Assembly (NCBI GenBank): GCA_050575255.1
Contig: JBNZDD010013620.1
Location: forward strand, 1,258,274 to 1,322,273
DNA length: 64,000 bases
Source of the DNA: Harriotta raleighana
Lineage: Eukaryota
Reading direction: 5' to 3'
In this document: piece after piece, positions 1-11,974 of the stretch
How positions within the stretch are numbered: position 1 is the first letter of the stretch
Layout of the letters: every line of letters starts with the position of its first letter
Notes under the pieces: generated by a model
The model's input: only the letters and a program-made list of their open reading frames with translations
Told to the model about the DNA's origin: nothing
The model's database searches: none
Translations under genes and position numbers: made by a program

Positions 1-146
1 TTTGTGTCTCTTAAATAAGTATATTCAGTGATACCTCATGTCAATTCGGTATCAAGGTGGGAACTGTTGCGACAGGAAGGAGTTGAGCATTGACTGCTGT
101 GTGGATTAAATCAATTACCTGTGATGTATATTGTGAGAATAATGGG

Positions 147-748
147 TGTTAGACGTTGAGACGTAGAGATTAGATCATTTGCGCGACGGTCACAGACTGG
201 ACGGAACCGGGGCGACACTGCGGACGTGCGCACAAAGAAATCAGGCCGAGTGCATTGAGCACGTGACTGGGGAAAACGTAGGCAGTTAGTGTCCAGGTGA
301 ACACTGGGTGATAAAAGACTACATGATTGGAGGAGAAAGAGCGGGGTGCTCACGTGACCGCAGGTTATCGCGGGATTATGTAAACAGGACAGCAAGGCAG
401 ACAGAGAGAGTCCCAGACGCGGCCTGAGGGAGAGAGTCCCAGACACGGCCTGAGGGAAGAGCAGATTTGGAGGAAGCCTCGATGGAAGAAGCTGTGAGAA
501 ACAGCGACACGACGGGAGCCGGGCCCCGAGACCACAAGAGACCAACCATCGACAGCGAAGAAGGAAACCGTGTTAACCGCACCGAGAGCGGGTAGTATAA
601 TTGCTTAGCGCGTTTGTAGTTGTGTACGCTTAAACCAACTGTCACCCTAACCGGGGGGTTCAAATAAAGAACCTGCTTTAATTTCAAGGAATAGAGGCTG
701 GCCGTAGCCTTATTTCTGAACTAAGACGAGATACTTTGATCTCTAACA
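147..748 (+). mobile_element. Solo LTR of an LTR retrotransposon (BEL/Pao-, Gypsy- or Copia-like)
   Basis: Begins TGTTAGA (147) and ends TCTAACA (748), a perfect 7-bp terminal inverted repeat. Flanks ATGGG/ATGTG match a 5-bp TSD with one mismatch. AATAAA at 663-668, CpG-rich relative to the flanks, internal 26-bp tandem duplication at about 404-457. Confidence 0.8.
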
Positions 749-749
749 A

Positions 750-985
750 TGTGAATGACCAACTTTATTTATAGAATCTTAACCAGGACACCGGGAGAAT
801 CTCCACACTCTTTCTAAAAAGTCCATTTGAACAAATAGACGTCAGATATTGCAATATCCCCCAGCACTGCACCGGAGTATCAGTCTAGATTATTCAAATT
901 CAAACTCGTTTTTGACATGGGAACTTGAAACCACAACCTTCTGAATCAAAGCAAAACAGTGCTACCAACTAAGTCAGGCTAGCAC
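750..985 (-). mobile_element. Old SacSINE/AmnSINE-like SINE fragment
   Basis: 'ccaggacaccgggagaa...cagcactgcaccggagtatcagtctagattat...gggaacttgaaaccacaaccttctgaatc' is the reverse complement of the old SINE seen at 36262-36625. Confidence 0.6.
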
Positions 986-1035
986 CAAATTGTTGGCCAC
1001 AGATTTCAATGATTCCCATAGGGTAAACTCAGTAC

Positions 1036-1565
1036 CTGTTGCAAATTCGTTTACCCAACCTGAAGCATTTCATAATGATGTGGGATTTGAGAACAAAAGG
1101 CACAGAAAATTGCATTTCAACAGCAAAGTTCAAGAATTCTTCCAGTAATTCGCAACAAAATACCAAATTCAAAAGCATCCAAATATTCCTAACTAGATGG
1201 CCAGTATCAAGAGCTCATATAAACCCCATGTGGCCGACGGAATTACCCACTGATAAATTTAGTGATCAGATATTTCTGTTTCCCATCCTCGGTGCTGATC
1301 ACCTTTGGTCAGATAACCCCTTTTGATGTAGGGGTTATGCTATTGTATCCGATTGGAGTGGTAGGAGCACATTGTATGGAATTACCGTTCAGTTACACTA
1401 CTTCAGAGCAGGATTTCAATCACATCCCTGCACATGCACACTATCAGTGAGGCTCTAGCCATCAGCTTTGCTGTCTTTGTCCACGCATCTTTTTGTGATG
1501 TTTGCCTATTAAACGTTCTTCCCATTTGCCTGCTGAAGTAGAAGCTAAATATGGAAAGGAATTAT
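1036..1565 (-). pseudogene. Fossil exon, LamG/ConA-like domain (copy 4)
   Basis: Acceptor ttctctctttAG at 1566-67 and donor GTactg at 1034-35. Across frames it reads IIPFHI*LL..ANGKNV, G*SLTDSVH, PLHQ, IWYFVANY, TGRI, MLQVG, in the same order as the other copies. Many stops. Confidence 0.55.
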
Positions 1566-2024
1566 CTAAAGAGAGAAGCGAGTTTCTCCCTGGGTCGTCA
1601 CAGAATTTGTCATTCAGCTCATTGTTGTTTGTGGGATATTGCTGTGCACAAATTGGTTGTCGTGTTCACCTATAAAATACACAATCACAATCATACTAAA
1701 TCCTGTGAAGCTCTTTGAGATGTCCTCCCAATGGTGCTATATCAAAAGTAAGGATTACTTTATTATTTAAATGTATAATAATCCTGAACTGAATGCTAAT
1801 ATAACAATTATGCTTATTTTTCCCATTGCACTGCTAATTGGAAATAATGATTCCCCCATGAATATTGTGCAGTGCCAATTGTAGCGATATGAATAACCTG
1901 CTCTATGAATATCTGATTTTCAATCATTTTTGTGCAAGTTTGCAATAGTTTAAAAGGTTGTGTGTTCAACCAGACAGAGGGCACTAATTATCTGTTTAAT
2001 TAAACATATTGTATTCTTATTAGT

Positions 2025-2330
2025 AATAATAATAATCCTTGCATTTGATATAGCGCTTTTCACATCTTCTAGACAGCTCAGAGCGCATCACAGAATATAC
2101 TGAAAAGTGAATTGAATGTATTTTTTGTGGACAAAACATGGTAGCCAATTGCATACAGCGGCGTCCCACAAACAGTCGTGGATTGAAATGACCAATTTTT
2201 TTTTGGAGGCATTTTATTTTTGGGCGTGTGGAATAAGGAAACTTGCCCGATGTTTCGCCCCTGCCTGGATTCGAACACAGGTCTCACCTTTGTAAAGCGA
2301 GTGCTCTAACCATTCAGCTACAGGACTCCA
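2025..2330 (-). mobile_element. Full-length tRNA-derived SINE (Deu-like body, L2-like tail)
   Basis: Minus strand starts GGAGTCCTGTAGCTGAATGGTTAGAGCACTCGC with B-box GTTCGAATCC, has the body 'gactgtttgtgggac', and ends 'gtgaaaagcgctatatcaaatgcaaggattattatt'. Confidence 0.9.
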
Positions 2331-2509
2331 CATTGTATTGTTTTGTACTTCACCAAGGCTTTACATTGTTCAAGTATTACTCTTTTTGTGATTCAAAACT
2401 CCTCTGCCTGTATTATCACCAGCTCTAAACCCCCTTCACCAGTAATTGCCAGGTTATACTGATTACCTTATTGCACATCAGATTGATTTCAAAGTCCTCA
2501 CACTTCCAA

Positions 2510-2692
2510 ATAATAAGAATCCTTGCACTTTGCTATAGCTGCTTTTCACGTCTTCTAGACATCTCAAATCGCTTCACAGAATGTACTGTAAAGTGAATGG
2601 ACTGTATATTTGTGGGTGAAACACGGCAACCAATTGTGCACAGCAGCGTCCCACAAACAGTCATGGATTGAAACGACCAATTTTATTATTAT
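2510..2692 (-). mobile_element. 5'-truncated copy of the same SINE
   Basis: Tail and Deu-like body match 2025-2330; head is missing. Confidence 0.85.
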
Positions 2693-2834
2693 GTTTCATG
2701 CCTGGTAAAGTACAACCAGTCCAGCCTGCTTAAACCCCATTCTTCAACCTGTTCGCTTTGCTCAGTTAGCTCTGGTTTCCTCTACATCCTGCGTTCCTCC
2801 TTCGCACTTTTGGAACACAACATAGCTAACTTAC

Positions 2835-2917
2835 TGCATATTTATAAAAACTGTTTTAAATCCCACAAACCGATTGGGTCTGATTGTTGACAGCATGATA
2901 GTTCCAAAAAAGGCTAC
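2835..2917 (-). pseudogene. Exon-like segment of the fossil gene
   Basis: catgttccAG|gtagcc...atatgca|GTAAGT. One frame is open (VAFFGTIMLSTIRPNRFVGFKTVFINM); the ancestral frame is uncertain. Confidence 0.55.
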
Positions 2918-3059
2918 CTGGAACATGACAACTGTCGCAACATGAAAAAATAGAAGATACCCAGATTAGTAACTATGACACTAGCAGCTTTACCCAAAGC
3001 TAGTTAACAAGGAAAAACAATTCTGAGCTAGAGGCGAGGCTCTCAAGTCAGACACTTAC

Positions 3060-3091
3060 CTCATTGATGATACACAAGGTGAAGAGCAACC
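3060..3091 (-). pseudogene. 32-nt exon-like segment of the fossil gene
   Basis: catttAG|ggttgctc...caatgag|GTAAGT, a perfect donor. Confidence 0.5.
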
Positions 3092-3199
3092 CTAAATGTT
3101 TTTAATATATTGTCCTAACTCTTTCCCTTTCCAATATATCACATTAATACTTTTCATTACCAATTTCCGTCTTCTCCCCTTGTAATGTATCAGTAGAAT

Positions 3200-3790
3200 T
3201 CCACCTGTGCCACCTTGCCAGCCTCCGACCGTAGATTACCCCAAATGCAGCCTGAACGTTCATGCATATGTTTGTCACCCCCCCACGTTTGGATTACTCC
3301 AATCCATTCTCGCCAGTCTGCCCAACTCCCACCATCCAAAATATCCATCTGATTCAGAACTCTGCAGCCCACATACTCCATATCCACATCACCCCAGTTC
3401 TGGTCAGGCTCTACTGACTCCCCATCACCAAATGGATTGACTTCCAGGATCCGCACACTCAAGTTCAAATCCACTAATTCGGCCTCCCTACCTTTCCAAC
3501 CTCCTCATTTCCCAAACCACCACCAGGAGTCTCCACTCAACTGGCACCTTACTGCTCCCTAGCACTCTCAGCCCCACCATCGGAGGTTGGACTTTCAGCC
3601 ACAAAGCCCCCAAACTCTGGAACACTCTCCCTCAATCCCTCCACCTTGCCTCCTCTCTCCCACTTCTCAAGCCCCGCCTGAAAACATTTTATATCGTGCT
3701 TAAGGCATCTCCCAACCGCCCCCTGATTCGGCTCCGATTCAGGCTCCGGCATTATTACAACAACAACAACTCTGATTTATATAGCATCCT
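3200..3790 (+). mobile_element. L2 LINE 3' fragment
   Basis: Degenerate L2 ORF2 C-terminus (HAYVTPxxDYSNxxLASLP, IQNSAA) followed by 'ggactttcagccacaaagcccccaaactctggaacactctccct'. Confidence 0.75.
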
Positions 3791-3879
3791 CCGCTCCGGA
3801 TGGGAACCTCAGAGCGCTTCACAGTAACAGGTCCCGGGGCCTAGCACTGTTAAGTGCTCTGAGACGCCACCCAGCATGG

Positions 3880-4053
3880 AGGGAGCTTTTCCTCCAGCCC
3901 CCGCACTGTCTCGTGCGGCGTCCCTCAGGGCTCTGTCCTTGGTCCTCTCCTCTTCACCCTCTATATGCTCCCCCTTGGTGACATCATCCGCAGACATGGG
4001 GTTAACTTCCACATGTATGCGGATGACACCCAACTCTACCTTTCCTCCTCTAC
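3880..4053 (+). mobile_element. L2 reverse transcriptase fragment running into the gap
   Basis: [43 protein letters not shown] contains the RT YADD motif. Confidence 0.9.
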
Positions 4054-4806
4054 NNNNNNNNNNNNNNNNNNNNNNNNNNNNNNNNNNNNNNNNNNNNNNN
4101 NNNNNNNNNNNNNNNNNNNNNNNNNNNNNNNNNNNNNNNNNNNNNNNNNNNNNNNNNNNNNNNNNNNNNNNNNNNNNNNNNNNNNNNNNNNNNNNNNNNN
4201 NNNNNNNNNNNNNNNNNNNNNNNNNNNNNNNNNNNNNNNNNNNNNNNNNNNNNNNNNNNNNNNNNNNNNNNNNNNNNNNNNNNNNNNNNNNNNNNNNNNN
4301 NNNNNNNNNNNNNNNNNNNNNNNNNNNNNNNNNNNNNNNNNNNNNNNNNNNNNNNNNNNNNNNNNNNNNNNNNNNNNNNNNNNNNNNNNNNNNNNNNNNN
4401 NNNNNNNNNNNNNNNNNNNNNNNNNNNNNNNNNNNNNNNNNNNNNNNNNNNNNNNNNNNNNNNNNNNNNNNNNNNNNNNNNNNNNNNNNNNNNNNNNNNN
4501 NNNNNNNNNNNNNNNNNNNNNNNNNNNNNNNNNNNNNNNNNNNNNNNNNNNNNNNNNNNNNNNNNNNNNNNNNNNNNNNNNNNNNNNNNNNNNNNNNNNN
4601 NNNNNNNNNNNNNNNNNNNNNNNNNNNNNNNNNNNNNNNNNNNNNNNNNNNNNNNNNNNNNNNNNNNNNNNNNNNNNNNNNNNNNNNNNNNNNNNNNNNN
4701 NNNNNNNNNNNNNNNNNNNNNNNNNNNNNNNNNNNNNNNNNNNNNNNNNNNNNNNNNNNNNNNNNNNNNNNNNNNNNNNNNNNNNNNNNNNNNNNNNNNN
4801 NNNNNN
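4054..4806. other. Assembly gap (753 N)
   Basis: Run of N. Confidence 1.
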
Positions 4807-4885
4807 TTGTTGTTGTTGTTGTTGTATAAGTGCAAGTTGTTATTGTAGAATCCCCTGCTAGGATCCATGTATTTATGTAACTCAC

Positions 4886-5027
4886 CCAGTTCATAGACTT
4901 TGTGTCACCCAATCTGACCTTGCGACTTTAAATTATACTTCAATCCCGAGACCATAAATGTGCTTACAGCGAAAGCATCTAACTTTGCATAAAATCCCAA
5001 TATATACAGAATATCTACATTAATAAC
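4886..5027 (-). pseudogene. Exon-like segment of the fossil gene with one in-frame TGA
   Basis: cttttattaAG|gttatt...gaactgg|GTGAGT. Reads VINVDILYILGFYAKLDAFAVSTFMVSGLKYNLKSQGQIG*HKVYEL. Confidence 0.5.
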
Positions 5028-5828
5028 CTTAATAAAAGAGGTTGAGCATTATTTTAAATAAGGTGACCGTAATATAACCCATTTGGGCCCAATCAGGCTC
5101 AGTAATAGCACTTACTGCTCTGAGTCAGACGGTTATGTGTTCAACCCCGAGTTGAATTCACAATCCATGAGTCAATTGAATGCAATGTTGATGCACTGCA
5201 TTGTTGGAGCTGCTGTTCGTCCTCTGAGATATTAAACCACATGTTAAATCCCATTGTCCTTTTGGTTTGATTGTTATCATTTTCAACAATAGTTTATTTT
5301 GAGGCCCGACCACAGCACTAAAAATTACTATAAAATTTTATGCAACAAAGAGGGGGGCAAAGAACTACACAGTTGGCAAGATGAAAGAACTCAAAAAGAT
5401 TGTAAATAATTTTGTTACAAAATATGCGGAATATCCATTTTGTGTCAAAGTCATTCCTACAGAAAATAATATTTTATAACGTCCATAAAATATTTGAAAA
5501 ATGTGAACATAGATTTATGTCACTCCCATTGACATATAGGTGTGTATTGTTCAAATTAGTACTGTATATAGGTTGTCTTCCATTGCAAAAGACACAAAAC
5601 ACTTAAAAATCTTACGCAAAGCTAAAAATATAAAACTCAAGGATCCAAAAATATATCATTTGAGGTGAGAGGGAAGAATGTGGTAAGTGATGTGATCACA
5701 AGGAAAGAAAGTCTAATCATTTTTCATTCTGAAAAAACTTATTTTAGGAAAAACTGCTAATAAGAACAGCATGTTAAACTTCAATGTTCTTACTTTTGAA
5801 ATTTATTTCCAGGCCATTAATTGACAGT

Positions 5829-6178
5829 GGAGTCCTTTAGCTCAGTGGTTAGAGCACTTGTCTTACAAGCGAGAGTTGAATTGGGTTCAATTCCAGGCAG
5901 GACAAAACCTTGGGCAAGTTTCCTTACTCCACATGCCTGATAATAATCTCTCAAAAATAAAATATTTATTACACATTTATTAATATATACCACAATAATA
6001 AATTGGTCATTTCAATCCACGACTGTTTGTGGGACACTGCTGTGCGCAATTGGCTACCGTGTTTCATCCACAAAATATGCAGTCAATTCTTCACAGTATA
6101 TTCTGTGAAGCACTTTGAGACGTCTAGAAGGTGTGAAAAGCGCTATATCAAATGCAAGGATTATGGTTATTACTATAA
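5829..6178 (+). mobile_element. Full-length tRNA-derived SINE
   Basis: GGAGTCCTTTAGCTCAGTGGTTAGAGCAC head, GGTTCAATTCC B-box, Deu-like body, tail 'gtgaaaagcgctatatcaaatgcaaggattat'. Confidence 0.9.
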
Positions 6179-6650
6179 TGCAGCATGAAATCCATGCTAC
6201 CTACAGCCTGAGGACCAATTTTCCCGATCGGACAAATACTGAGGGAATTAACATGGGCTGCTTCAGTAGTGGAAGAAGCAGAAGGACAGATACAATGGGC
6301 AAAAAACAGGACAGTAAAATCTCGATAATCCGGCATGGGTTGGCCCCACTCACCTTCCAGGTTTCGGAGTTTGCTGGTATTTAGAAACCTACCTAGAAAT
6401 GGCTGGTGTGCCTCTGTCGCGTACACAACACACAATCGTAAACACTACACTGAAACCAAACGATGGCTGAGCTTCACCCACAGCGCCAGACGAGAGAGCA
6501 GCGACACCGGGAAAACAAGCAGTTGTTCCGAACTTCAGGAAATTGGCCGACACCGGAAAAAATCGAATGCTTCCTGTGTTTTTATAGGTTCAATTTAATG
6601 TATTAAATTCTTGTCGTGAGTTCTTTAAACATGGAGAAATTGAGACCAAC

Positions 6651-6858
6651 CTTCTGGTCAATTAGTCAATTCCACTACTTCAATGTTGCTGGAGGCAGGT
6701 CTTGTCGAATAATTGCTGCTTATTGTCACACAGAAACACGGCTGTGGTGCATCAAAGAGTTGCATACAGATTGTGAAATGAACAGTTGACATTCTGTGCA
6801 CGTGAAAAAGCTCCAAGCTATACTCCCTGGGAACTATAGTTGTTAATATGGACGACTC
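6651..6858 (-). pseudogene. Fossil exon, C-terminal part of LamG/ConA-like copy 3
   Basis: SSQGV*LGA and HFTICMQLFDAP resemble the LamG_3 tail 'TQGxVRMGA...F.G.I.CMQ.YD.AL'. The pyrimidine tract ends in GG (6859-60) where AG is expected; donor GTtggt. Confidence 0.5.
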
Positions 6859-7179
6859 CCGGAGGGGAAGATGAGAGATAAAATACAATTCTCACTGTAC
6901 TTGGTAACAAAATGCAATTAAATTATCATAATGTCTTTTTTAACTACTACACCACAAACGTGGCATTCATAAAACTCTTTATTTATTACAAAAGGCCGTC
7001 ATTAAATGGTTTGGCTTAGTCAACATTCAATAAATCTCTGAAATAAAACCATGAACTAAAATTGAGGTCCTGATAATAACAATAATAATCCTTGCATTTG
7101 ATATAGCATAACAAACAGAGTGGTTATAACATAAATTGATCTATTTGATGTAAAGCCTCTGTAAAACAGTGGACAACTG

Positions 7180-7443
7180 GACTATAAATATGAAAGATGA
7201 TTGCAAGCCACACATGAAAAAACGAACTCGTCAATTCATATGAACCTAAAGTTGCCCAATCATTTCCTTGCATTGCCTGTAAACCTTCAAAATATGTCAC
7301 AGAGATTATATCTGCCACGTCCATGTCATTATGTTCCTATTGCCACCCATTGATATTTCTTACTTATAGGCAGCAGCCATTTCAGAGGTGAAATACTGGT
7401 TCTGTCCTGAAACTATCTGGTGTTAAGTAACCATGGTCCATCT
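7180..7443 (-). pseudogene. Fossil exon piece, middle of LamG/ConA-like copy 3
   Basis: DGPWLLN ... GNDWATLGSYELTSSFFHVWL resembles 'DGPLFNY ... NQWHYVGASYD..TG..SLWLNG'. Confidence 0.5.
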
Positions 7444-7454
7444 CTATATAGGAG

Positions 7455-7880
7455 AATAATAATCCTTGCATGTAATCAGCACCTTTGATGTTAGGGGGAT
7501 GTCTCAAAGTGCTTCACAGGAATTTACTGGAAAGTGTAGTGACTATTTGTAGTGACTAAGTGTAGTCAAATGGGGCCAATCATTAGCATGCAGCTATTCC
7601 CCACAAATAGCCATGAAGTGAATGCACAATTTTATCTGGGGTTGTTGGGCAGAACCCGCTTTCTCTTTTCGAACATTGCTTTTACGTCTGTAAATACCCA
7701 ACTGAACAGGAAGATGGGGACTTTGTTTGACATCTCATCCAAAGGACAAGATCTCCAGCAACGCAATACAACCCCACTGTCATTGAATGTAGACTATGTC
7801 AGTTCAAAATCCCGAGATGGCGGCTTTGATAGACAATTTTTTGACTCGGATACAGGCCTGCTATCAATTGAGGCTGGCAC
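7455..7880 (-). mobile_element. Old SacSINE/AmnSINE-like SINE
   Basis: Tail 'taataatccttgcatg', body 'ccccacaaatagccatgaagtgaatg', head remnant near 7850-7880. Confidence 0.6.
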
Positions 7881-8471
7881 ACAATTTGTACTAAATAGCA
7901 AACAAATGAAATTCAGCAAATGAATGCAATTCTTAATGGTTTGCTTTGGAGACTTGAGCATGTTGATGCATTTCAAAATGCTTCAGCTGTCTAAATAATA
8001 AATGATAAAACCAGCACATTATGATCCCTTTCCATATTGGTTATTGACAAATAAATGAATTATGTCCAGTTTATACACACTGATTCAGTGAAGGACGATT
8101 GAGTAACATTTTCATTTCGACTTAAAATATGCAACAGGAAAGAAGTATCAGGGGGTAAAACTCAGCTCATCATTGTTTTACCTCTGGTATTTTGGTTGGA
8201 ATCCAGTTAAATAAGAAATCAAAGTTTCCAGCCTCTGCTGGCAATATGAATTTGGCAATTGTAATGCATCATCTGACTGCCATGGACCCAAAGTAAAAAT
8301 GTGTTCTTTTACCTGCAAAATACACAGTCACTACACTGTGCAGGAAAATCTTTTAATATGCCTCGAGTCATCCTGTTGACAAGATGAGGCATTATATCAA
8401 ATGCAAGGTTCATTATTATCTGTTACAACATAGCCCTGTTAATTAAATTAGCAATTTAAGAGATGTCCTAA

Positions 8472-8879
8472 ATAATAATAATTATCCTTGCATTTGATAT
8501 AGCGCTTTTCTCGTCTTCTAGTCGTCTCAAAGTGCTTCACACAATATACTGTAGAGTGAATTGACTGTGTATTTAGCAAATTGCGCACAGCAGCAGCAGC
8601 AAATTGCGCACAGCAGTGTCCCACAAACAGTTCTGGATTGAAATGACCAATNTGCAAATTGCGCACAGCAGCAGCAGCAGCAAATTGCACACAGCAGTGT
8701 CCCACAAACAGTTCTGGATTGAAATGACCAATTTATTATTACGCTCTTTTTGGACGGATTGTTATTAGGCGTATAGAGTAAGGAAACTCGCCCAAGGTTT
8801 CGTCCTGACCTGCCTGGATTCAAAACACACGTCTCATGCTTGTATGGCAAGTGCTCTAACCACTGAGCTACAGGACTCC
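8472..8879 (-). mobile_element. Full-length tRNA-derived SINE (body duplicated around N at 8653)
   Basis: Same head, body and tail as 2025-2330. Confidence 0.9.
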
Positions 8880-8880
8880 A

Positions 8881-9392
8881 TACTTGCCTTGGAGGTTCTG
8901 CAGTGACTGTTCACAAGATTGATGTTTGANTACTAGCCTTGGAGGTTCTGCAGTGACTGTTCACAAGATTGATGTTTGAGTTCAAGGAGCTTAGCTATGA
9001 TAAGCAGCTGAGTAGACCAAAGATATATTCCTGAAGAGCGAAGGAAGTTAAGGGGGTGATTTGATTGAGTTACTTAGAATAATAAAATAAATTCATAGGC
9101 TAGTTGGTCGATGTCTCTTCCTTCTGGCAGAGTGATGTATTACAAGAGAGTACAGTATATTCATAAAATCTGAATTTGTACGTCTAGAACTGAGGTCAGC
9201 AAGCATTTTGCACAAAGGGTTCTGAAGATGTGCAATACTCCTAGGAAGATGGAATCAGTGATGTTCAATAGAGAGTTAGATACTTGGTAGGTAGGTATTT
9301 TATGGGTTATGATAAAAGGGTGGGACAAGGATTAAACACTCTGCTAAAGCTTGAAAGATTGAATAACCTCCTTTTGGTTCTATTTTCCTATC
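8881..9392 (+). mobile_element. Degenerate CR1 LINE 3' fragment
   Basis: 'gccttggaggttctgcag...ttcacaagattgat...agctatga...gaaggaagttaagggggtgatttgattgag' matches the CR1 ORF2 end (ALE.VQRRFTRLI..., RRLRGDLIE). Confidence 0.75.
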
Positions 9393-9394
9393 AC

Positions 9395-9531
9395 AAGATC
9401 AGTTCAAATAAATAAAGTCCTTTGACTTAAATGGTGTTATTCTTCCTGATTATCAACCGTGACAGTTTTCCAAAAGCTCTTCAAAAGAACTATCTTAAAA
9501 ATTGACACTGGATTGAAGAATTTGCAAATTT
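9395..9531 (-). pseudogene. Fossil exon start, N-terminus of LamG/ConA-like copy 3
   Basis: attacacAG| then ICKFFNPVSIF...(AFGK)TVTVDN, parallel to IIPFHI..ANGKNV at the start of the 1565 exon. Abuts the CR1 3' end. Confidence 0.35.
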
Positions 9532-10907
9532 CTGTGTAATATTAAATTTCAGAATGTAAGAAATAATCCTTGCATTTTTTGATGTATCGTTTTTCACATC
9601 TTCTAGACTTCACAGAATATTCTGTAAAATGAATTGACTGTATATTTGTGGGTGAAATGCCTGATCTCTGAATTGGAGAACAATTTGAACAGTCAAAGAT
9701 AGGATTTATACACACAACCTTTTGTGCAGAGAATTCAGTACATTATTGCTGGAGTTGCTAGACAGATAAATATAATTTGTATACCTAGTAAACTTTATTT
9801 TGTGCACATTTAGAACATTTAATACTTCTCAAAGGCCAAAACACTCTTCTCCCACAACAAACACAAATGCTATTTGTAGGAAATATTCATAAATAGGCAA
9901 GTAAAGGGAACATAGTATAGATCAAAATTATCTGCTGCAAATGCAAAGCGAGATTTAAACATTGCCTTCTTTTGAACGATAAAGCAAAGGCAAAGAGGAA
10001 TCATGAGCATAGACAAGCCTTTCAAGCATGTAGTTTCTAATGGAGTGCTGCCATACAGGAAAGAGGCGAGGGGAGTGAGGGAAGTGACTAATAGCGCAGT
10101 CGAAGAGATAAGTTTTAAGGTGGGACTCAAAGATAGATAGAGAGGAAGGAGAGAGAAGGAAGTAGTTCCAGAGACACAGAGAATCGAAGAAGAATCTTGA
10201 AGAATCTTAAGGCCTGGTGACTGTTGGTTGTGCAAAGAGGGATAATGAAATGCAGTAAGCCAAATTAGCCAACGGAAGGAAGCGAGCAGAGCAGTTTGGG
10301 GGGAGAAGATCAGAGAGATGGGTGAGTGTGAAGGGATTTATAGGTGATTTATAGGTGAATTAATCACAAGACTACAAGCCTCTGGGAATTATCCTCTTGA
10401 TATGAAAAGGAAAATTAATAAACAAAATAAATGCATCTGTTCATTGAGTTCCATTCCCCCAATCCATTGGAAAATACCCCAGTATGTAAGACATTAATTA
10501 AAATAAAATTAATATTAACTGTTCTATGGTGAATCCTCTTGGGGCAATTCGGAGCAGGACCGCCAGAGAAATATTGATGCATTTTCATCTCCTTTTTACA
10601 TAAATGTATTGCATAACCAAAGCAAGAGCCCCCACCCCACCCAAAATTTACATTTGTCCATGGGCCAAAGTCAGGACCAATTTTNGTGTTCTATGGTGAA
10701 TCCTCTTGGGGCAATTCGGAGCAGGACCGCCAGAGAAATATTGATGCATTTTCATCTCCTTTTTACATAAATGCATTGCATAACCAAAGCAAGAGCCCCC
10801 ACCCCCCCCCCACCCAAAATTTACATTTGTCCATGGGCCAAAGTCAGGACCAATTTTTCAAATTGGAACCAGGAAATCCAAATTGGCCCCAATAAATTGG
10901 AACTTAC

Positions 10908-11063
10908 CCTTTGGTGACAGTGAGTGATTGCTTTTTCCTCACAAGTGGGACAAACCTATAACTCACAAGAACTGGAGACGTGAGTGAGTACAACTCCTTT
11001 ACACACCTGAAACTCACTGCTGCTGGTGAGAAGCCTCAACTTTTTTAATGCCGCCCATCTTCC
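10908..11063 (-). pseudogene. Fossil exon, end of LamG/ConA-like copy 2
   Basis: aatctgcAG|ggaagatg...caccaaagg|GTAAGT. Reads (G)KMGGI..LLT..V..RSC across frames. Confidence 0.55.
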
Positions 11064-11139
11064 CTGCAGATTAAATTGTGAAGAACTGAAGGGTATGAAT
11101 CACTCATTAATCAACACATGCAAAAATAGGTAAACTCAC

Positions 11140-11340
11140 CCCATGTGAAATGTGGGTTCTTCCTACCTGGAGGGAGCGAAGTTACGTTAGCATTAAGTGC
11201 TCCATCGCAAAACAATGAGTCTCCAAATTTTCATAACCATGGAAAACCACATCACCATTTCAGCTTCATTGTCCCACTGAATTGAGACCCAATAAATTGT
11301 CGCGTACCAATCGAGAACCAACAATTCATCCGTCAGCATG
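11140..11340 (-). pseudogene. Fossil exon, core of LamG/ConA-like copy 2
   Basis: ttttatttAG|catgctg...cacatggg|GTGAGT. LTDELLVLDWYATIY / SGTMKL / NGDVVF / LQVGR across two frameshifts matches the LamG_3 pattern W..VA.TY....G.MKL.VNG..V...L.IGR. Confidence 0.65.
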
Positions 11341-11974
11341 CTAAAATAAAATGAGCTTTTTGGGGAGAATCTCCAATTAACACGGAAATGATAAGCGGAT
11401 GTTTAAATATTACTGAGCATATGGATAATCATTGGTGAACTCCAACAACACTGCATCACATTTTCCTTTGTTTCAGATGCTTTGAGCCAGATGACAATAA
11501 ACCACTTAATGATCTCTGCAACGATTACCATGGGAGAGTATAGGTCCAGTGGAACTGATTAAAGCTCAGCATGAAAATGGAGACGAGCAGTATTCAAGAA
11601 TATGTAAAGGAAAGAAAGCTAAACAGCATCATCAATCAGGTCCACATTTTTAATGTGTCCAGAGCTCTTTCGTTAAACTGTGTATAAAAAAATTCACTTT
11701 CCTTTCAGTGTTGCTATCATGGCTAAACTAGAATATTACAAATATATTTTTTAAATTCCTGAGTTCCAACCTTGCAGAATGTGCAGCAATTGAGAACACA
11801 GATTTTACAAGAAAAAGGTGAATTAAATATAATATTAAGAAGGATCGAATGACCTCTCATGCTGGAGAGGGATTAACACAGTCAAATCTGTCATTACGTT
11901 AGAAGATGCAAACCTGGCTTGGTTTTAAATAATATACATCTTTGTTCTGAGTAACACATTTTGCTAATACTTAC

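Noticed and set aside
36-118. Possible further minus-strand exon (cacAG...gag|GTatc)
   Set aside because: Stops in all frames and no recognisable motif; insufficient support.
111-687. Minus-strand ORFs of 144 and 103 aa
   Set aside because: They lie within the GC-rich solo LTR and show no protein motifs.
2835-3091. Spliced peptide GLLFTLCIINE-VAFFGTIMLSTIRPNRFVGFKTVFINM as part of a live membrane-protein gene
   Set aside because: I recognise no protein family, and the neighbouring exons on both sides are disrupted. Treated as part of the fossil gene with an uncertain frame.
3809-4912. Long ORFs of 272-367 aa in the ORF track
   Set aside because: They are artefacts of translating through the 753-N gap; only the L2 RT piece is real.
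4886-5027. Single in-frame TGA (4905-4907) in an otherwise open exon: selenocysteine or readthrough?
   Set aside because: Other exons of the same locus carry TAA/TAG stops and frameshifts, and I see no SECIS evidence. Pseudogene decay is the simpler explanation.
5829-5900. tRNA-like sequences with A and B boxes (also at about 2260-2330, 8810-8879, 18355-18423, 23345-23413)
   Set aside because: They are SINE heads fused to the SINE body and lack a proper acceptor stem.
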